Assembly (NCBI GenBank): GCA_039589315.1 | Contig: JBDHHQ010000097.1 | Coordinates: 1-14,900, forward strand | Source: Gemmatimonadota bacterium | GTDB lineage: Bacteria; Gemmatimonadota; Gemmatimonadetes; Longimicrobiales; Gaopeijiaceae | Direction: 5' to 3' | Length of the DNA: 14,900 nt | Shown here: positions 1 to 7,402 of the stretch, one piece after another | How the letters are laid out: every line of letters begins with the position of its first letter | How positions within the stretch are numbered: the first letter of the stretch is position 1 | Notes under the pieces: model-generated | Databases searched by the model: none | What the model was told of the DNA's origin: nothing | What the model saw: the letters and a program-made list of their open reading frames with translations, nothing else | Translations under genes and position numbers: made by a program

Positions 1-180
1 CAAGTGGTCGTGGGCGCCCCGAGAGGGTTGGCGTCTCTGCCCCGACGTTTGAGGCCGCGAGGAAGAACATCCCAGGGCTTCAAGGCGCCGTCCCGAATTC
101 AGCGCTCGACTCCGGAGCTGGCCAGAAGCAGCCCGCAGAAAGCGGCAGCCCCGCGAGTGAGTCGAAGTCGGTAGGCGGCA

Positions 181-199
181 GCATAACAATCAATTCTGC
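181..199 (-). other. Candidate integron recombination site (attI-like simple site, or L'-R' half of a decayed attC)
   Basis: Minus strand reads GCAGAAT-TGATT-GTTATGC: a 7-bp L box with AA at positions 5-6, a 5-bp AT-rich spacer and a GTT core. This is the 7-5-7 layout of attI1 (CCCTAAA-ACAAA-GTTRRRY). It is an AT-rich patch in GC-rich DNA, 186 bp past the intI stop. Predicted crossover G187/T186. Confidence 0.6.
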
Positions 200-384
200 T
201 GCATGGGCGTCGGCCCTTGGGCCGGCGTTGCGCTGCTTAGGCTGCAAGCTAAGACCCCCACGAGTGGCGGCGACAGCCTTCTGGCGCGGAGTTGGACCCG
301 CGTCGCCCCTTTTGCAGGCTGCCGGTGATGCCGCACAAAGGCCCGGATCAGGAGGCTGCGCAGGGACTGCTGTAATCCTGGGCT

Positions 385-1353
385 TCAGGGACGATCCAGC
401 GGGCTGCGGACGTTGACGCTCGTGTGCTGGACCGCGTGGAGGTACTGCATGGTTACCCGGACGTCGTGGTGTCCGAGCAGCTTCTGGACGGTACGGATAT
501 CGTAGCCGTCTCGGATGAGCTGGGTGGCGAAGCTGTGACGGAAGGTGTGGGTCGTGGCGGGTTTGGTGATGCCGGCCTGCCGGATCGCCTTCTTGATCTG
601 CCGCTGCACGGCAGTGTGGTGAAGGGAGCGCCTTCCGCTTCGGCCGACGGCAGGGTCCACGGTCGTCCGCGAGGCGGGAAACAGGAACTGCCACCCGAGG
701 GCGAAGCCAGCCGACGGGTCCTTGCGATCGAGGGCATGGGGCAGTGGGGCCCAACCTCGACCTTTCCTTCGATCGGCCCCGTGCAGCGTCCCGACGCTGT
801 CGATCTGACGCCCCAGGGGCTCAAGCAACTGAACGGGCATGATCGCGAACCGATTCTTCCCACCCTTGCCATCCCGGACGGTGATCTGGGTCAGATCGAA
901 GTCCAGGTCCTTCACCCTCAGGTGCGTGCACTCACCCAGGCGCATTCCAGTCCCGTAGAGTAGGGATCCGATCAACCGGTACTTGCCGGAAAGAGAGGCG
1001 AGGACACGCTTGGCCTCGCCGTGCGAGAACACTACGGGCACCGACGCTGGCTCCCGAGCACGCTGGATGTGACCACCTGCGTCTGAGCCCAGCACCTCAC
1101 GGTAGAAGAACGATATCGCGGACGCCGCCTGGTTCCGGGTACCCGCCGCGAGACGGCGCTCCTCGGTCAGGTACACCATGTACCGGTGAAAGTGGACCGA
1201 TGCGAGGTTCTCGGGCGGGACACGCCGATTGAAGTGCAGGAAGCGCCGGATGACGCCGAGGTAGGTGGCCTCGGTCTTCCTGCTGTATCCGCGCAGTGCG
1301 ATGCACCGGTGTACGCTCGCGAGCGCCTGCTCGATCTGGGGATAGCGCGCCAT
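385..1353 (-). CDS. intI: Integron integrase (tyrosine recombinase), 322 aa
   Basis: N-terminal YSRKTEATY...IRRF and TRNQAASAISFFYREVL. Catalytic motifs LYGTGMR, RDGKGGKNR, HTFRHSFAT, LLGH and TMQY are all present. The integron-specific insertion is also present (LPHALDRKDPSAGFALGWQFLFPAS). Confidence 0.95.
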   Translation of the reverse strand: MARYPQIEQALASVHRCIALRGYSRKTEATYLGVIRRFLHFNRRVPPENLASVHFHRYMVYLTEERRLAAGTRNQAASAISFFYREVLGSDAGGHIQRAREPASVPVVFSHGEAKRVLASLSGKYRLIGSLLYGTGMRLGECTHLRVKDLDFDLTQITVRDGKGGKNRFAIMPVQLLEPLGRQIDSVGTLHGADRRKGRGWAPLPHALDRKDPSAGFALGWQFLFPASRTTVDPAVGRSGRRSLHHTAVQRQIKKAIRQAGITKPATTHTFRHSFATQLIRDGYDIRTVQKLLGHHDVRVTMQYLHAVQHTSVNVRSPLDRP

Positions 1354-1520
1354 TCACGACTTTGGCCACAGGACTTGCGCCTTGGAATGGTCAGATGGGT
1401 TCGGCGGGACACATACGCTGAGTCGGTCTGCGAAGGCAGCCAGATCCACCCTGGCTCAAGGCACACGAATCCGATCCGCCCGGACGGGCCGCGCCGGCCT
1501 TGGTCCGAGGGCATTTGTGG

Positions 1521-1591
1521 GGTCCGACCCGGCGGGCGTCGCCTAACCTGTCAGGAGCACGAGATCCACCCGGCGGGCTGCGCCTACCCGG
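1521..1591. repeat. Imperfect direct repeat, about 30 bp, 41-bp period, upstream of intI
   Basis: ggtccgacccggcgggcgtcgcctaacctg (1521-1550) versus gatcc-acccggcgggctgcgcctacccgg (1563-1591), 24/30 by manual alignment. Exact ACCCGGCGGGC at 1527 and 1568. AGATCCACCC also occurs at 1442 and 1562. Confidence 0.7.
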
Positions 1592-1609
1592 CCGGGCGTA
1601 TGAGGTTTA

Positions 1610-1640
1610 TCCCGACAGCCCCCTCCGTACTCTGCCGGGA
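1610..1640 (-). terminator. Possible stem-loop downstream of the permease
   Basis: tcccgacag (1610-1618) and ctgccggga (1632-1640) form a 9-bp stem with one G-U on the minus-strand RNA, about 30 nt after the permease stop. No U-tract. Confidence 0.3.
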
Positions 1641-1668
1641 CGGTGGAGTTCACGGTGGCGGGCGGCGC

Positions 1669-4386
1669 CTACTCCGCCCGCAGGGCGAGCATCGGGTCCA
1701 CCTTCGCGGCCCGCGCAGCCGGGATCACGCTCGCGACTCCGGCAACCAGCAGCACCACCACTGCGGCTCCCGCCCAGGTCAACGGATCGCTGGGACCGAT
1801 GCCGTACAGGAACGAGGCAAGGAGTCGGGCCCCAGCGAAGGTCAGGACACCCCCGACTGCGAGACCCGTGATGGTCAGCCGAAGCGCTCGAGCGAGCACG
1901 CCTCGGCCCACTCGGCGAGTGGATGCTCCGAGTGCCACGCGAATCCCGATGTCCCTGCGAGACCGCACCACCGAATAGGACAGCACGCCGTAGAGACCGA
2001 CCATGGCCAGGACCAGTGCCAGCGAGCCGAACACGCCCACGAGCAAGGCCGACGTGCGGAATCGGGCCAACTCCCGGTTCACGGCGTCCTTCACCGACTG
2101 GACCCGCGCGATGGCCATGCCGGGATTGACGGAAAGGACCGCCTCCCTCAGGGGGCCGACCGCAACCGCGCCCTCGACCACGAAGGTCACGCTGGGCTGG
2201 TACCGCTGCTCGTGTGCCATGTAGGCGTACGCGTCCGGTGCGGCGCCCAGGTCGTTGAAGCGCGTGTCCTCGGCGACGCCGACCACTTCCCACCGGAGCG
2301 TGCCGTCGTCCTCCAGGATCTGCTGCCCCAGTGGATCCTGATTCGGCCATAGCAGCCGGGCGGTGCTCGCGCTGACGACCAGGGCCGGGGTCGCACCTTC
2401 GACGTCTCGCTCGTCTGTGGGCCGTCCGGCCAGGATCCGGATCCCCATTGTCCTGAAGAACCCGGGACTCACAGCGTTCAGGCCCATGTCGACCAGGTTC
2501 TCTTCAGTCCGTTCCCCGGGACCGGGCACGCTCGTGCCCCAGCTCCCCCGGAACGGGATCATGACCATCGTGGTCGCAGAGCGGACACCCGGCACGGCCT
2601 GAAGGCGCTCCAAGGTCCGTCGTGCGAACACCAGTCCCTCCGCGTCCGAGTAGCCGTGGTTGTTCAGGTTCACGGAGAGGAGCATGCGGTCCTCCACGTC
2701 GTACCCGAGAGGCACCGCGCTCGCCGTGGCGAGGCTTCGGGCCATGAGCGCCGCCGAAATGGCCAGGCTCACGGATACCGCGACCTGTGCGACGACCAAG
2801 CCCCCCCGAACCCTTGATCTGGCCGCTCCGCGCTCGTCGCCCTTCATGGTGCGGTTCACATCGACGCTGGCGGTTTGGAGAGCCGGGATCAGGCCGAACG
2901 TCATTGCGGTGACCAGGGCCAGGCCCACGGCGAACGCCAGGACGGTCAGGTCCGGCTCGAACGACACCGAGAAGCTGGTGGGCAGCACGCCGGCTACCAC
3001 GTCGGCCGACAAGTACGCGACGCCAACTCCGGCGGCAGCGCCGAGCAGCCCCAGGATCAGGCTCTCGGTGAGGGCCCCCCGGATGACGCGCCCCCGGCCG
3101 GCCCCCATCGCGACTCGCACGGCCACGTCCCGCGACCGAGCCGAGCCGCGGGCCAGGAGCAAGATCGCGATGTTCGCGCTGGCTACCAGCAGCACGGCCA
3201 CCACGACGGCCAGCAACAGCCGGGTCATAGTGGCCAGCGACGTGCCGCTCGGGGGGTGGAACTTGACGTTTTCGTAGACGCGGGCGCCCCAGCCCTTGTT
3301 CCAGAAGGCGAAGGTCTCTTCGAGGTGGGACGCCATGGCCTCCACGTTGTCCTGGGCGGCCTCCAGGGTGATGCCGTTCCTCAGGCGTCCCATCGACCAG
3401 ATCCAGACCCACCGGTTGCCCTCGACCCGCTCGAGGGGCCACGCGCCCTCCGCCGGAGCCAGCAGGGGCTGGGCGTGGAACGGGAACCAGACGTCCGGAG
3501 GCGTCTCGAGGGGACTCGGCCCCCGGAACCCCTCCGGGGCCACGCCGACCACCGTGAACGCCTTGCCGTTGAGCCGGACCGACGCGCCCACCGCAGATGG
3601 GTCCCCGTCGAACATGTCATTCCACACGCCGTGACTGATGATGGCGACCCGGTGGCTCCCCCCGGACCGATCCTCCTCCGGCAAGAACCATCGGCCCGCC
3701 GCGGGGCGTGTGCCAAGGACGTCGAAGTAGTTGTCGGAGACGAACGTGCCGCGGCCGTCGACACGGCCGTCGTTCCGGCTGATGGTCAGCGCGATGCCGG
3801 CCGGATCGTACGCCATGAGCCCGTCGAAGACCGCGGCGTTGTCCCGGTAGTGCTCGTAGTCCGGATAGGCGAGGGCTCCGCTCTGCGTGCTCGCCGTCGT
3901 CCGGTAGAGACGGACGAGCCGATCGGGCTCCACGACGTGCGGCAGCTCGTCGAAGTACACCGCGTCCAGCACCGCGAAAATGCTGGTGGTGGCTCCGATA
4001 CCCAGGCCTAGTATCGCCACCGCCACGGCCGTGAACGACGGAGTCTTCATCAGGCCCCGACCCGCGTATCGCGCGTCGCTCGACAGATCCTGGAACACGT
4101 TGTCCCCCCTTCCCCATCCCGTTCCCGTTACCGCCCTGGCTACTCGTTGAGCCCGAAGCTCGCGCCTCCACGCGCCGGGCGCCGTCCGCACCGTGTCCAC
4201 GCCCGCTCGGAGCCAGAGGCCCCAGCTAGCCATCCAGCCCCGCGAGCGCGTCTCGTCCTCATACTCCTCCCGGAAGACCTGGCAGAGCTCCTCCGCAGCC
4301 ACCTCCCGGTACGCCCGCGGATACAGGGTCAGCAGCCGCCTGTAGCGGCGCACTGCCCTCTCCGTGGCGCCCCGCCGGTCCTTCAT
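1669..4386 (-). CDS. ADOP-type duplicated orphan ABC permease (two MacB_PCD + FtsX units), 905 aa
   Basis: Family motifs DARYAGRGLMKTPSFTAVAVAILGLGIGATTSIFAV, RSRDVAVRVAMGAGRGRV, LVVAQVAVS, RRDIGIRVALGA and PAARAAKVDPMLALRAE. Start moved to ATG 4386 (MKDRR...), which overlaps the padR stop (ATGA). The track start at 4437 lies inside padR. Confidence 0.93.
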   Translation of the reverse strand: MKDRRGATERAVRRYRRLLTLYPRAYREVAAEELCQVFREEYEDETRSRGWMASWGLWLRAGVDTVRTAPGAWRRELRAQRVARAVTGTGWGRGDNVFQDLSSDARYAGRGLMKTPSFTAVAVAILGLGIGATTSIFAVLDAVYFDELPHVVEPDRLVRLYRTTASTQSGALAYPDYEHYRDNAAVFDGLMAYDPAGIALTISRNDGRVDGRGTFVSDNYFDVLGTRPAAGRWFLPEEDRSGGSHRVAIISHGVWNDMFDGDPSAVGASVRLNGKAFTVVGVAPEGFRGPSPLETPPDVWFPFHAQPLLAPAEGAWPLERVEGNRWVWIWSMGRLRNGITLEAAQDNVEAMASHLEETFAFWNKGWGARVYENVKFHPPSGTSLATMTRLLLAVVVAVLLVASANIAILLLARGSARSRDVAVRVAMGAGRGRVIRGALTESLILGLLGAAAGVGVAYLSADVVAGVLPTSFSVSFEPDLTVLAFAVGLALVTAMTFGLIPALQTASVDVNRTMKGDERGAARSRVRGGLVVAQVAVSVSLAISAALMARSLATASAVPLGYDVEDRMLLSVNLNNHGYSDAEGLVFARRTLERLQAVPGVRSATTMVMIPFRGSWGTSVPGPGERTEENLVDMGLNAVSPGFFRTMGIRILAGRPTDERDVEGATPALVVSASTARLLWPNQDPLGQQILEDDGTLRWEVVGVAEDTRFNDLGAAPDAYAYMAHEQRYQPSVTFVVEGAVAVGPLREAVLSVNPGMAIARVQSVKDAVNRELARFRTSALLVGVFGSLALVLAMVGLYGVLSYSVVRSRRDIGIRVALGASTRRVGRGVLARALRLTITGLAVGGVLTFAGARLLASFLYGIGPSDPLTWAGAAVVVLLVAGVASVIPAARAAKVDPMLALRAE

Positions 4387-4745
4387 CCGCCCGCCTCCGC
4401 ATCCAGGAGGCGCCCTTCCCGCGCGACCTCCACCCACGCCGCCATGCGGGTCGCTTCATCCTGCGCGACCCGGCGACCCTGGGGAGTGATGCGGTAGTAG
4501 CGTCGGCGTGCGTCGGCTCCGGCCGGCGTGGTCGCGTAGTCGATGAGGCCCTCGTCGCGCAGCTCCTTCAGGATCCGGTACAGGGTGCCGGGTCCAAGGA
4601 GGGCGCGGCGACGAAGCTGTTGGTTTACGCGCTTCATGATGCCGTAGCCGTGTTGATTCCTGTCGTTCAACGCCACGAGAATCGCGAAGACGACGGGACG
4701 CAGCGGCTCTGCTTCTGCGCCGGCAGTCAGTTCTTCTCGGGTCAC
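4383..4745 (-). CDS. PadR-family transcriptional regulator, 120 aa
   Basis: ILVAL...HGYGIMKRV...LGPGTLYRILKEL..EGLI...RRRYYRITPQGRRV is the PadR winged-helix signature. GTG start with upstream GGAGG. Confidence 0.93.
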   Translation of the reverse strand: MTREELTAGAEAEPLRPVVFAILVALNDRNQHGYGIMKRVNQQLRRRALLGPGTLYRILKELRDEGLIDYATTPAGADARRRYYRITPQGRRVAQDEATRMAAWVEVAREGRLLDAEAGG

Positions 4746-4771
4746 GACCTACGCCCTCCATCTTCTGGATT

Positions 4772-4797
4772 GGATATATCCGTTTCCGAAGATATTA
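4772..4797. promoter_or_regulatory. Candidate PadR operator overlapping the -10 region of the padR-permease operon
   Basis: Inverted repeat ATATC(4776-4780)-N10-GATAT(4791-4795), overlapped by the perfect palindrome GGATATATCC (4772-4781). Minus strand TAATAT (4797-4792) is a plausible -10. AT-rich patch 27-52 bp upstream of padR. Confidence 0.55.
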
Positions 4798-4879
4798 GAC
4801 CCGGCGCGATACCGAAAGGTCGCGGGGAGCCGGCCAGGCAAAAGGACAGCGATGGCAAGCCGGGATGCGGCGATGGCGC

Positions 4880-5204
4880 AAAGAGTCCGGGACCGCGGCC
4901 GAGCAATAGGGGACCGAGTGTTCGTCCAGGAAGCCCCGTGTCACGCACTGCTCATCGGCGCTGAAGCGCCGTTGCACCAGAGCCAACGCGTCGTCACCTC
5001 GGGGGTTGCCACCGAGGACGCGAAGGTATCCCTCCACATCTCCGGCCTGAATCGTGATGTCCCACTCGTATTCCCGGGAGCCCAGAAGCGCTCGACCGAA
5101 GAGCCGAGGTCCTGGCCTTCGATCACAAGATCGCCTCCTGGTGTCAGGGGCACCCACAGAGGCCTCACGTCTTCGGCGGATCGCTCGGCCCGTAGCCTGA
5201 CCAC
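4880..5204 (-). pseudogene. Frameshifted small hypothetical protein gene (or 1-nt sequencing error)
   Basis: ORF 4941..5204 gives ...LTPGGDLVIEGQDLGSSVERFW and ORF 4795..5274 gives GSREYEWDITIQAGDVEGYLRVLGG...FLDEHSVPY. Adding one G to the GGG at 5081-5083 fuses these protein-like halves. The 3' boundary is approximate. Confidence 0.6.
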
Positions 5205-5260
5205 TCGGCCCTCGTCCTCGGGCAGTCGGATCCCCCCTGACTCCGGGCGCAGCTCCGTCC

Positions 5261-6370
5261 CTACAACCTCTCACACTCGTCTGGCCGCTCGCTCCCGACG
5301 CAGTGCGCGAACAGGAAGAAGTCGGTGATCCGACCGCCGATGGCCTGGGTGTTGATCAGGATCGACGTCAGCTCCGAGCGGGCCTGCGACCCGAGGTTCG
5401 CGTCTACGATGTTGAAGATCGGCGCGGACTGGGTGCCGGTCATCGTGGCGATGAGCTGGTTGTCGAGCGTGACCTCTCCCCGCGTGATGGCCCGCGTCAC
5501 GCTATTGAAGTCGAAGTCGTACTCCAGGTCCGTGCTGTTGAGCTTGGTCACGACGACCACGTTGTTCGCGAGGCCGCTGAAATCCACGCCGATGCTGGAT
5601 TCCAGGATCAGATCCTCCACCGTGGCGCCCGCGGTTCCCCGGACCTCGTCGATCGTGAAGAAGAAGTCCAGCGTGCCCTGGGGGTTATCGATGAACCCGT
5701 CCATGAACAGGTTGATGAGGTCCGGCGTCGACGTGCCCGCGAGCGCGTAGTTCAGGACCAGGTCCTGCGTGTTGGCCGGTGCCGCGTCGACGACGACGTC
5801 GATCGCGGATGTGCCTTGAGCGATCGGCCGCACGTCGAGGTAGGTCCCGATGGGCTGCAGCGGGATCACGGGAAGCTCTCCCTGGGTGGTATAGAGCTCG
5901 AAGCGGATACCGTCGCCCGGGGGCGCACCGAGTCGGTTGTCCGGATCGAGCTTCCAGCGGTTGAACTCCGGATCGGGGTTCCAGTCACACGTGACCCCGA
6001 GCGGCGGGCGCGGAGGCGCGGCCGCGCCCATGGCCTCGAACACGTCCACCGGGCCCGGCACCTTCATCGCGTCCAGAATACGCCCGTGTTGGGTCTCCTC
6101 CCTCGGGGCCGCGAGAGCCGCGGGCGGGGCCTCGGACGGGAAGCCGCCGTTGGTCATGATGAAGCCGATGCTCTTCCGGAGATCGTCCGCGGACGCCTGC
6201 GTGGGGTCCTGCAGGATCACGCCGCTCTGGATCCTGCTGAGCTGGTTGGCCAGGTCGGTCAGAGAGATCGGCTGGGGTTCGGTGCCACCGTCGTCGCACG
6301 CAACGAACGCGGTGGCCATGAGGAGTCCCAGGACGGAGCGGGCCACAGTGTGTCGTACAGTCGGGGTCAC
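5261..6370 (-). CDS. Putative lipoprotein of unknown function, 369 aa
   Basis: GTG at 6370 preceded by GGAGGT. Signal peptide with lipobox (RSVLGLLMATAFVA-C DDGGTEP). Acidic, beta-rich body and a C-terminal Cys pair (HCVGSERPDEC). Confidence 0.85.
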   Translation of the reverse strand: MTPTVRHTVARSVLGLLMATAFVACDDGGTEPQPISLTDLANQLSRIQSGVILQDPTQASADDLRKSIGFIMTNGGFPSEAPPAALAAPREETQHGRILDAMKVPGPVDVFEAMGAAAPPRPPLGVTCDWNPDPEFNRWKLDPDNRLGAPPGDGIRFELYTTQGELPVIPLQPIGTYLDVRPIAQGTSAIDVVVDAAPANTQDLVLNYALAGTSTPDLINLFMDGFIDNPQGTLDFFFTIDEVRGTAGATVEDLILESSIGVDFSGLANNVVVVTKLNSTDLEYDFDFNSVTRAITRGEVTLDNQLIATMTGTQSAPIFNIVDANLGSQARSELTSILINTQAIGGRITDFFLFAHCVGSERPDECERL

Positions 6371-6420
6371 GCGTACCTCCGGGTGGGCAAACGGGCGGAC
6401 AGGGGGGTGACTTCTTCGCC

Positions 6421-6449
6421 AATCTAGTGGACGCCCCGCTCTGCGCCAA
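6421..6449 (-). promoter_or_regulatory. Putative sigma70-type promoter for the lipoprotein gene
   Basis: Minus strand TTGGCG (6449-6444)-N17-TAGATT (6426-6421), about 50 bp upstream of the start. Confidence 0.45.
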
Positions 6450-6571
6450 AGAAACACTTGGCGGGAGCGCCCGCTGGGTTTGGGCCCCTGGGCTCCGGCC
6501 CCCGGCAGGATCGGACCGACGAACAGGGCCGGAGCGCCGGTCTGTCACGCCGACACCGGGTAGCGAGATCC

Positions 6572-6601
6572 TTGCCCCTCGCTTCCCGGCTTCCCTACCT
6601 T
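6572..6601 (+). promoter_or_regulatory. Putative sigma70-type promoter for the small barrel gene
   Basis: TTGCCC (6572-6577)-N18-TACCTT (6596-6601), 100 bp upstream of ATG 6701. Confidence 0.4.
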
Positions 6602-6700
6602 GGCGACCGTTCGCGGTCGCCGCTCCTGGCGACGGCAATCGGCGCGAGACGCCCGTCCAGCCCCTGGACGGACGCTCTGCGCCCTCCACCGGGAGGTGCC

Positions 6701-7351
6701 ATGCCTGCAGGTCGATTCGTCGTCGCGCTCTCGCTCTGTCTACTTCTGCTTCCGGCGTCGCCGGCCCGCGCCCAGGTGGGATTCGAGGGGTCGGTCAACG
6801 CCGGAGGGGCGTTCTTCCTGGCGGATCTGGCGGAGGAGCTCAATGGCCTCACGCGCGCCCACGAGAGCTCGCTGGCCCTGGGGGCCCGAGCCGGCGCACG
6901 GTGGGCCCGATTCTCGTTGGAGGGAGAGTTCTCGTATGTGCCCACCAAGGTCGTCGTGAAATCGAGCGACGGGTTCGAGGCCACGGAGGACCAGAACCTG
7001 ACCATTTTCGGCGTGGCGGCGCTGTTGAACTTCCCCCTGAGCCTCCAGTGGGAGGCCTTCCTGGCCGCGGGAGCTGGGCTCAAGAGCTACACCGCGACGG
7101 ATCCCACGACCAAGCTCGGGAACTTCGCGGCCGGCTTCGAGAGCGGCAGCGATTTCACCTTCAACGTCGGCGCCGGACTCCGCCTCTGGATCCAGGATCG
7201 CCTGAATCTGAGGCTGGACGTCCGGGACTACATCTCCACCTTCGACGCCTTCGAGCTGACTTCGCAACAGGGGGAGCTCACCCAGACCCAGCACGACCTG
7301 CTGGTGACGCTCGGGTTGGGATGGGTGCCGGGCGGACAGCCGCAGTTTTGA
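6701..7351 (+). CDS. Small outer-membrane beta-barrel protein (OmpA-like transmembrane type, probably 8 strands), 216 aa
   Basis: GGGAGG RBS then ATG 6701. Sec signal ending PARA-Q. Amphipathic strands (SLEGEFSYVP, FLAAGAGLKSY, FTFNVGAGLRL, LNLRLDVRDY, LLVTLGLGW) and a terminal Phe. Confidence 0.85.
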   Translation: MPAGRFVVALSLCLLLLPASPARAQVGFEGSVNAGGAFFLADLAEELNGLTRAHESSLALGARAGARWARFSLEGEFSYVPTKVVVKSSDGFEATEDQNLTIFGVAALLNFPLSLQWEAFLAAGAGLKSYTATDPTTKLGNFAAGFESGSDFTFNVGAGLRLWIQDRLNLRLDVRDYISTFDAFELTSQQGELTQTQHDLLVTLGLGWVPGGQPQF

Positions 7352-7369
7352 TCCCGAGGTGGTGGCGCC

Positions 7370-7402
7370 GGGCCTCGGCCCCGGCGAAGGCGGGGTAGGC
7401 CC
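7370..7402. terminator. GC-rich hairpin between convergent genes
   Basis: gggcct (7370-7375) pairs with aggccc (7397-7402), enclosing gccccg/cggggt. It lies in the 51-bp gap between the two stop codons. No U-tract. Confidence 0.4.

Larger units (their letters stand above)
181..1353 (-). mobile_element. Integron platform (intI plus downstream att site); cassette array probably continues left of the window
   Basis: Integron-type integrase plus an adjacent GTT-core site. No complete attC or complete cassette is visible inside the window. Confidence 0.6.

Noticed and set aside
181..297. Complete 117-bp attC bounded by GCATAAC (181) and GTTGGAC (291)
   Set aside because: The boxes at the L'' and L' positions are not complementary in either orientation (TTCTG is a direct, not inverted, repeat), so the attC stem cannot form.
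1354..1668. Canonical attI facing away from intI on the plus strand
   Set aside because: Plus-strand GTT triplets give GTTCGGC, GTTTATC and GTTCACG, none matching GTTRRRY, and no cassette follows before the permease stop.
80..2352. Long alternative ORFs 80..754, 424..963, 1186..2352 and 1607..2350
   Set aside because: They overlap intI or the permease, are Arg/Pro/Gly-rich and lack motifs. They are shadow ORFs of high-GC coding DNA.
4794..5270. Frameshifted small gene as a stray integron cassette
   Set aside because: No GTTRRRY upstream and no attC downstream. GTCTAAT at 4800-4794 is better explained as part of the padR promoter.
6628..6690. c-di-GMP-I riboswitch-like words (GGCAA...GAGA...GGACGC) in the barrel gene leader
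   Set aside because: Spacing and stems do not fit the GGCAAAC-stem-GNRA-stem-GACGCAAA consensus.
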